From Candidatus Gottesmanbacteria bacterium RIFCSPHIGHO2_02_FULL_39_11 (GTDB lineage: Bacteria > Patescibacteriota > Microgenomatia > 2-02-FULL-39-11): DNA of 64,000 nt. The notes under the pieces were generated by a model. That model was not told the DNA's origin and did not search any database. It was given only the letters and a program-made list of their open reading frames with translations. Shown here one piece after another: positions 58,829 through 64,000 of this stretch (position 1 is its first letter; each line of letters starts with the position of its first letter). A program made the translations under genes and the position numbers. The stretch is taken from assembly GCA_001779195.1 (NCBI GenBank), contig MFJL01000014.1, positions 9,522 through 73,521 on the forward strand, read 5' to 3'.

Positions 58829-60415
58829 TTACCTGATAATAGACTCATGATTCTTTTTATCCGATTTGAACCTAATAATCAAATAAATAAGAAGCATCAT
58901 GCATAAAACATACATGGTGAGATAAAAAATAAGAAAATAACCTTTGGTAAACCACGGTTTATACTGACTGGCTTCCACTAAAAAACGGCTTACCGGAAGA
59001 ATATCATAATAGGAAGAAAGAAGAGTATATAATCCGTAAATGCTGAAAATAACCGTTAGTACGGCAATCAATTTTATAAACCCTTCTTTCACCTTTTTAA
59101 ATTTTTCGGGAATCAAAGAGTTCCATCCCTTAAGAAATAAATAGGTAAGAATCGTAACCACGGGAAAATAATACCTTCCCTGTATTCCCAATTGAAACCC
59201 AGACTGATACCAGCTTAACCAGTCGAAAACAGAAATTCCGGCATAAAATATCCATGCGATCCCGATTAAAAAAATTATGCTTTGTATGTGCCTGTTTACT
59301 TGCGACCGGTTCCTTATAAGCTTAAATAAAGATAGTCCCAGTCCCACAATTGCAAGTATAAGTATGCGGTTAATTATCCGGTGAATACCTCTGGGATAGG
59401 TTACACCCAGCCATTTGTATATTCCGAAATACCATGGCAATACTTCCGTATAAGTATGAGAGAGAGTATATTCCCGGGTATATTTTAAAAGGCTTTGCAA
59501 ATTTAAATGGTTAATTATCGTTTGAATTAAAACAAACGAGCCAAAACCTATTCTATAGAAAATATATAAAAGAACGACACCAAATACCCCAAACAAACTG
59601 ATATATAACCATTTTTTTTCTGTCTTTAAATCTCTTATTGCAATAGCCAAAATCAAAATGACGGTTATCGGAATAGTTATAATAAATTGAGGTTTTGAAT
59701 AGATGCATAATAAAAGAGTGATAAATAAATTTGCCGTGTTTCCGACTGTAAAAGAATTTTTTATGATATGGACGATCCAATATATAAATATCGTAAACAG
59801 AAGATTACCCAAGGCGTCACTGTTTACTCCCACATTGGCAAAAATAAGCATAGGTTGAAATCCTACCAGTATGGGAAATATGAATTGCTCCAAATGTCTT
59901 TTTGGAAATAATAACCTTCCAAGTTTATAGCTTACTGCAATAAACATCATAAAAAGTAAAAGAGACCATATACGTACTGTAAGAACCCGAGTAAAAATAT
60001 CGGAAGTATAAAACAAACGGTATATTAAACTTCCCGGAATATAATATAAAATCGGATATCGGGATGCTTCAATGCGGACAAAGGTTGATTTATCTTTATG
60101 GGTGTTTACAGCAGAAATACTTGCCTCATGATAACCAATCAGGCTATCGGAATAAGGAATACGGTATTCCGGATGAAAAGTAAAACGGTTATTGCCGGAA
60201 TTGTCCCGGTGCGTTCCTAAGAGTACTTCTGAAGTGTATATTTCTTTTGACAAATCTAACTCTTCGCCCTCTGAGTTTCTTCCTTTTTCTGCCACAAATG
60301 CCACTTGGCCAAAGTGAGACTGTTCATCGGGAGTATGAAATATAGGAACAAGACACACCCAAATAAATGCATTTAAGAAAGCCGTAAAAAAAAATATGGT
60401 ACCAGCATTTCTCAT
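58829..60415 (-). CDS. Polytopic membrane protein, DUF2142-like (putative GT-C glycosyltransferase)
   Basis: PIFHTPDEQSHF first loop and more than 10 TM segments. The start is adjusted to MRNAGTIFFF (ATG 60413-60415), which gives an ATGA overlap with the upstream GT2; the track ORF runs to 60514. Confidence 0.45.
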   Translation of the reverse strand: MRNAGTIFFFTAFLNAFIWVCLVPIFHTPDEQSHFGQVAFVAEKGRNSEGEELDLSKEIYTSEVLLGTHRDNSGNNRFTFHPEYRIPYSDSLIGYHEASISAVNTHKDKSTFVRIEASRYPILYYIPGSLIYRLFYTSDIFTRVLTVRIWSLLLFMMFIAVSYKLGRLLFPKRHLEQFIFPILVGFQPMLIFANVGVNSDALGNLLFTIFIYWIVHIIKNSFTVGNTANLFITLLLCIYSKPQFIITIPITVILILAIAIRDLKTEKKWLYISLFGVFGVVLLYIFYRIGFGSFVLIQTIINHLNLQSLLKYTREYTLSHTYTEVLPWYFGIYKWLGVTYPRGIHRIINRILILAIVGLGLSLFKLIRNRSQVNRHIQSIIFLIGIAWIFYAGISVFDWLSWYQSGFQLGIQGRYYFPVVTILTYLFLKGWNSLIPEKFKKVKEGFIKLIAVLTVIFSIYGLYTLLSSYYDILPVSRFLVEASQYKPWFTKGYFLIFYLTMYVLCMMLLIYLIIRFKSDKKNHESIIR

Positions 60416-61374
60416 CTGATTTGCTTGATTCGTATACGGAAATGAAGTCCGTTTGCGATATAACCCAATCCGAACACAATTTTTGATAGTCTTTCTGCAA
60501 CCCAGTTCTGCCATCTTGGATAGGTAACAAAAGTAACCCCAGAGTACACAATATGAATAAACACATATCCTGCTGCTAAAAAAACTGACATAATTTGACT
60601 TAGATGGGCTTTCCTCCTATTTTGCATATCAAACCACGCGCATCCGCCTGCATAAGACCTTTGAAGAATATAGGAAAGAGTTTGCTTTTTATCAGAGACT
60701 TCATGAAAAACTGATAATTTAGGTGAGTAGAAAATTTTTGCTGTATTATTTGTATACTCGAAGAGTCGGTAGAACAAATCCGTTTCTTCATGAAGATATA
60801 AATTTTTTCCTTTCATTCCCAGCCGCTCATCAAAACCTCCTATCTCCATTAAGGTATTCTTTTTAATTATCATGTTTGAACCGGTTAACGACTCACCTTT
60901 TTTTAAATATCTTTCTTGAGAACCCAGAATTTTTTTCGACATTACTGCGTATTTCGCCTTAAACCAATCCGGCTTTTTTCCACCAGCAAAAAAAGGTTTT
61001 TCCGGACCTCCCAACGCTATTAAGGAATTTCGGTATTTGCTAATTATATACATTGCATTTGATAACCAGTTTTTAGGAATCCTTACATCATCGTCCAGAT
61101 AAGCCACATACTTTCCATGAGCATATTGGTATCCTAAGTTTCGTGAAGCAGATAATCCTTTTCGGTCATCTACAATATACTGAAACAAATTTGAAGAAAA
61201 CTCATGTTGAAATGATTTGACAACTATGGGTGTTTGATCGGTTGATCTATCGTCAATCACAACAACCTCATACCCATCTGACTTACTGGTTTGTTTCATG
61301 ATGGATTTAAGACACTCTCCAAGTAAATTTGCCCGGTTGTATGTACAGATAACAATGGAAATTTTGGGGGTCAT
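60412..61374 (-). CDS. Glycosyltransferase family 2 (GT-A)
   Basis: 320 aa with ISIVICTYNRANLLGECL and VVIDDRSTDQT. Confidence 0.8.
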   Translation of the reverse strand: MTPKISIVICTYNRANLLGECLKSIMKQTSKSDGYEVVVIDDRSTDQTPIVVKSFQHEFSSNLFQYIVDDRKGLSASRNLGYQYAHGKYVAYLDDDVRIPKNWLSNAMYIISKYRNSLIALGGPEKPFFAGGKKPDWFKAKYAVMSKKILGSQERYLKKGESLTGSNMIIKKNTLMEIGGFDERLGMKGKNLYLHEETDLFYRLFEYTNNTAKIFYSPKLSVFHEVSDKKQTLSYILQRSYAGGCAWFDMQNRRKAHLSQIMSVFLAAGYVFIHIVYSGVTFVTYPRWQNWVAERLSKIVFGLGYIANGLHFRIRIKQIR

Positions 61375-61394
61375 ATTATTTCTAATCTGTTCTT

Positions 61395-62438
61395 TTATCT
61401 ATAAAGCAATCTCTTTATTCTCCCTTCTAATAAATGAGGCAAACTGTTTTCATTTTTAAGAATAATTGAGCTTTTTTGACCGGAATTATTGTCTTCTTTC
61501 CATTTTTTAATATACTCGGAAAATAAAGGGAAAAACTGATACTTTTCCAAAATAAGTTCTCGTGCTTTACATATTGTTTTCTGATTACGCTTCCACAGAT
61601 TACTATGAATAATCCGATTAATGGTATCAGGACATTTGGGATCTTCGATATCTATTTTAATATAGGAGGACTCAGGAAAATAATTTGAAATATTAGTGCA
61701 GCCATAATATATGGGCATAGTATAGGACAGATAAGCATCTGCAAGCTTTTCACTCCAGTAGTCAGGTCCGGCAAAGTTCTCAACAACCAGACTATATCGA
61801 TAAGGAGAGAGTGCTTCCCATTTATCCTGTGCGACTGATGAATACCCTTCGGCATATAAAGCTTTTTTCAACTCTTCTTTCTCCTGTTGTGTCTTAACAT
61901 GCAGTTTTCTTTCATAATAATTTAAAGTTGCAGTAATATCGCATGCGGACTTGTGTGAAATATTTTTTAAAAAATTTAATCTTTTTTTATGTCCCTCAAA
62001 AATATTTTTTTTGCTTGTAACCCAACAAAGTAATTTATTTTTTTTCGGCATCGGTTCTTTTCTCAAAAAATCATAAGACCGGTTTATATGCCAAGGCAGT
62101 CCTGTCTGGGTATGAATATACCTTTCCCCAACCAAGTGAGAATCAGTTGTGTACACACGGGAATAAATGCCGCAAGGTTTATAGGTATGCCTGAAAAATT
62201 CGTTCGGGGGCTCCTGATGAATTAACCATAAGTTTTTTTCATTGCAATAAACTCCCGCATCCCGGGTTATTGAGTTTAAAACAAGTACATAATCACAATT
62301 ATCTCCCTCGTCAAATGTAAATTGGATTCCACCCCATACTCCCTTTCCCTGTGGTGTTTGGTTAAGCATGTCAGGCCAATCCCAGCTTTTAATTATTCTT
62401 ATGACTATCTCCTTATTTTTCTTTATATCTGTATCCAT
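61395..62438 (-). CDS. GT10 alpha-1,3/4-fucosyltransferase (FutA/FucT-like)
   Basis: YRYSLVVENFAGPDYWSEKLADAYLSYTMPIYYG closely parallels the Helicobacter FucT motif YKFNLCFENSQGYGYVTEKIIDAYFSHTIPIYWG. Confidence 0.75.
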   Translation of the reverse strand: MDTDIKKNKEIVIRIIKSWDWPDMLNQTPQGKGVWGGIQFTFDEGDNCDYVLVLNSITRDAGVYCNEKNLWLIHQEPPNEFFRHTYKPCGIYSRVYTTDSHLVGERYIHTQTGLPWHINRSYDFLRKEPMPKKNKLLCWVTSKKNIFEGHKKRLNFLKNISHKSACDITATLNYYERKLHVKTQQEKEELKKALYAEGYSSVAQDKWEALSPYRYSLVVENFAGPDYWSEKLADAYLSYTMPIYYGCTNISNYFPESSYIKIDIEDPKCPDTINRIIHSNLWKRNQKTICKARELILEKYQFFPLFSEYIKKWKEDNNSGQKSSIILKNENSLPHLLEGRIKRLLYR

Positions 62439-63298
62439 GATGATGGAAATAAATCTTTAGTTGAAACTTTTAGTTTATAAAACCAATTTCTCGGAGCAAT
62501 CACTATAGATGATGCGTTTGGATTAAGCCACCCTACCCACCAACTAAAGGTACTATTTGTAAGAATATGATGCTTGCACAGACTTCCCAGAATCAGATCC
62601 TCTTCAACCCGATCCGGATAATTTATGTCAACATACGTAGCCGGATAAGACAAAATAATATTATTTTTTACCCATTCAATATCATCTGAGAAAAGAAAAA
62701 AATGAGGGTTCTTAACTCTCTTTCGAATAACTGAAACAGCTTGGTGTATATAGTCTGCCCCTATAAAACCGTGTCTTCGGCTGATTATGTGATTGGTAAC
62801 ATAATCTCCCCGTCTAATATTTATTGAAATGGAATTCACATCTGAAATATACTCTCGAAGTTCTTTACTCTCAGAAGATAACTTCTCGTTTAACCGAAGT
62901 TCCCGTCTAAGAATATTTGCAATACTTAAAAAGTATTTTTCACTCTGAAAGTAACCGATAAGATATGAATTATCGCGAATCCTCTCAAAGCTCCGATCGT
63001 AGTGAAAACTTTTTTCATAATATATATTCGAAAATAACGGAAACAGTATATGGTGAATATACGGGTGGTAATCCTGGGGAAAAAATCTCGAAAACTTTAA
63101 ATATTTTTTAAGATCACTCCCCTTTGATATTTCAGCCTGGATATTGAATTTATCCAGAAGAAATATCCGGTATGTCTTTCTCTGAAGTTCCGTAATATCA
63201 AGTTTTAACGAGGTCCCGAATTTTATCGACAGCATCCTTCCCGCCGCATACTGAAACAGTTGATTTCCCAGTCCACCGGTTATTCGGATAATAATCAT
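62423..63298 (-). CDS. GT11 alpha-1,2-fucosyltransferase (FutC/WbsJ-like)
   Basis: GT11 motifs ITGGLGNQLFQYAAG, INIRRGDY, FLFSDDIEW and NSTFSWWVGWL. Confidence 0.8.
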   Translation of the reverse strand: MIIIRITGGLGNQLFQYAAGRMLSIKFGTSLKLDITELQRKTYRIFLLDKFNIQAEISKGSDLKKYLKFSRFFPQDYHPYIHHILFPLFSNIYYEKSFHYDRSFERIRDNSYLIGYFQSEKYFLSIANILRRELRLNEKLSSESKELREYISDVNSISINIRRGDYVTNHIISRRHGFIGADYIHQAVSVIRKRVKNPHFFLFSDDIEWVKNNIILSYPATYVDINYPDRVEEDLILGSLCKHHILTNSTFSWWVGWLNPNASSIVIAPRNWFYKLKVSTKDLFPSSWIQI

Positions 63299-64000
63299 AT
63301 AGAATTATTTATGTGATTCCTATAGCTTGTGAGTCTTTGTGACACCTCTCTGTCAAAAATAGATTCATCATCTATGTTTTCATATATTTTCTTCCCAAAA
63401 ATTACGTTTTTAACCTTTCCCAGAGAAAGAAAATACTGATTATTCCACAGTTTTGAATCTGTTTTTTCTTCCATTTCTCTTTCTTTTCTGAAATTTATAA
63501 GCGTCGTGAGAGGCTTTGATTCAAGTTTCCCTATTATATCGGCTAATCCGTATATAGGATCCGAATTATGAAAAAAATTTTTCCTTGCCCAAATATTTAA
63601 GACAGAGTAATTTCCTGATTTAGATGCTGAGGCACTGATGAGTTTAAATTCTGTGTACGTTTTTATTGTATCTATATATTTGTACCAGTCCGCCCAAAGC
63701 TCAGAGGGCAATCTATATGGCTGAAGCATATAAATGGATTTTTTTGCAAGTGCTGCTTCAATAAGTGTTGTACTAAATGAAGAAACTATAATATCACTTC
63801 CCAAAATCCACTCACGAACTGTATATGTTTTCAGAACATGAATTCTGTCACTTATATTGGACTGCATCATGTGAAGCTTCTCCTTAAAATAGGATAGACT
63901 AAATGTAGGACGGGGACGAAGAATTACTTCGACATCATCTGCACCTTCTCTGACAATCCGGTCCAGCCACCTGATAACCTCTTCAAAACTTTTCTCACAA
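63295..64000 (-). CDS. TagB/TagF-like polyol-phosphate (glycerophospho)transferase or capsule phosphotransferase (C-terminal part; gene continues beyond the window end)
   Basis: The reading frame stays open upstream of the annotated Met to position 64000. The RPRP...SDIIVSSFSTTLIEAALAKKSIYMLQPY pattern resembles the TagF catalytic region. Confidence 0.35.
   Translation of the reverse strand, partial: CEKSFEEVIRWLDRIVREGADDVEVILRPRPTFSLSYFKEKLHMMQSNISDRIHVLKTYTVREWILGSDIIVSSFSTTLIEAALAKKSIYMLQPYRLPSELWADWYKYIDTIKTYTEFKLISASASKSGNYSVLNIWARKNFFHNSDPIYGLADIIGKLESKPLTTLINFRKEREMEEKTDSKLWNNQYFLSLGKVKNVIFGKKIYENIDDESIFDREVSQRLTSYRNHINNSI

Noticed and set aside
62031-62050. T8/A8 homopolymer inside the GT10 fucosyltransferase gene (and T9-T10 runs at 4847-4855 and 14306-14314) as possible phase-variation tracts like the H. 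pylori fut poly-C tracts
   Set aside because: A/T runs of 8-10 are frequent throughout this ~35% GC window and occur in essential genes (murC, degT). There is no poly-G/C or multi-unit SSR, so there is no specific support for phase variation.
1-64000. CRISPR arrays, rRNA/tRNA genes, transposases/integrases, prophage or toxin-antitoxin modules
   Set aside because: No regularly spaced direct repeats, no rRNA/tRNA-like conserved blocks, and no ORF with transposase, integrase or phage signatures was seen. Coding density is about 95%, with essentially all ORFs assigned to cell-wall or glycan functions.

Overview
This is a low-GC (~35%), very gene-dense window with almost every gene on the minus strand; the content resembles a Patescibacteria/CPR-like or other reduced Gram-positive-like genome, inferred from gene content only. 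There are three blocks.

(1) Coordinates 1-19.8 kb hold one tightly packed (gaps or overlaps of 4 bp or less) super-dcw operon, mraZ-rsmH-ftsL-ftsI-murE-pgeF-murC-murB-murA-glmU-glmS-hydrolase-murF-degT-femX-dgkA-mraY-ftsW-murG. It carries the whole cytoplasmic peptidoglycan-precursor pathway from fructose-6-P onward; murD and ddl are not in the window.

(2) Coordinates 19.8-31.4 kb hold a second minus-strand operon, argH-argG-GT4-GT4-manC-phosphoglycosyltransferase-DUF4012-like-recO-glyRS-secreted protein. Its 5' leader (31051-31345) carries a canonical T-box riboswitch signature: AGGGTGGTACCGCGG forms an antiterminator that overlaps an intrinsic terminator abutting the argH start codon.

(3) Coordinates 31.4 kb to at least 64 kb hold a roughly 33-kb surface-glycan island. 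It has about 10 cytoplasmic GT2/GT4 glycosyltransferases and at least 9 polytopic GT-C-like membrane proteins, including three paralogs of one family, a tandem QDDF-motif pair, and a 1047-aa Wzy_C/O-antigen-ligase-like::ArnT-like fusion. It also has a DPM1-like polyprenyl-phosphate sugar synthase, a Wzx flippase, two methyltransferases, an acetyltransferase, GmhA, an SDR epimerase, an adjacent GT10 alpha-1,3- plus GT11 alpha-1,2-fucosyltransferase pair, and a TagF-like protein running off the window.

The island, together with the T-box-controlled argGH/glycan operon, is the most likely undescribed system here. No rRNA, tRNA, CRISPR or obvious mobile elements were seen.
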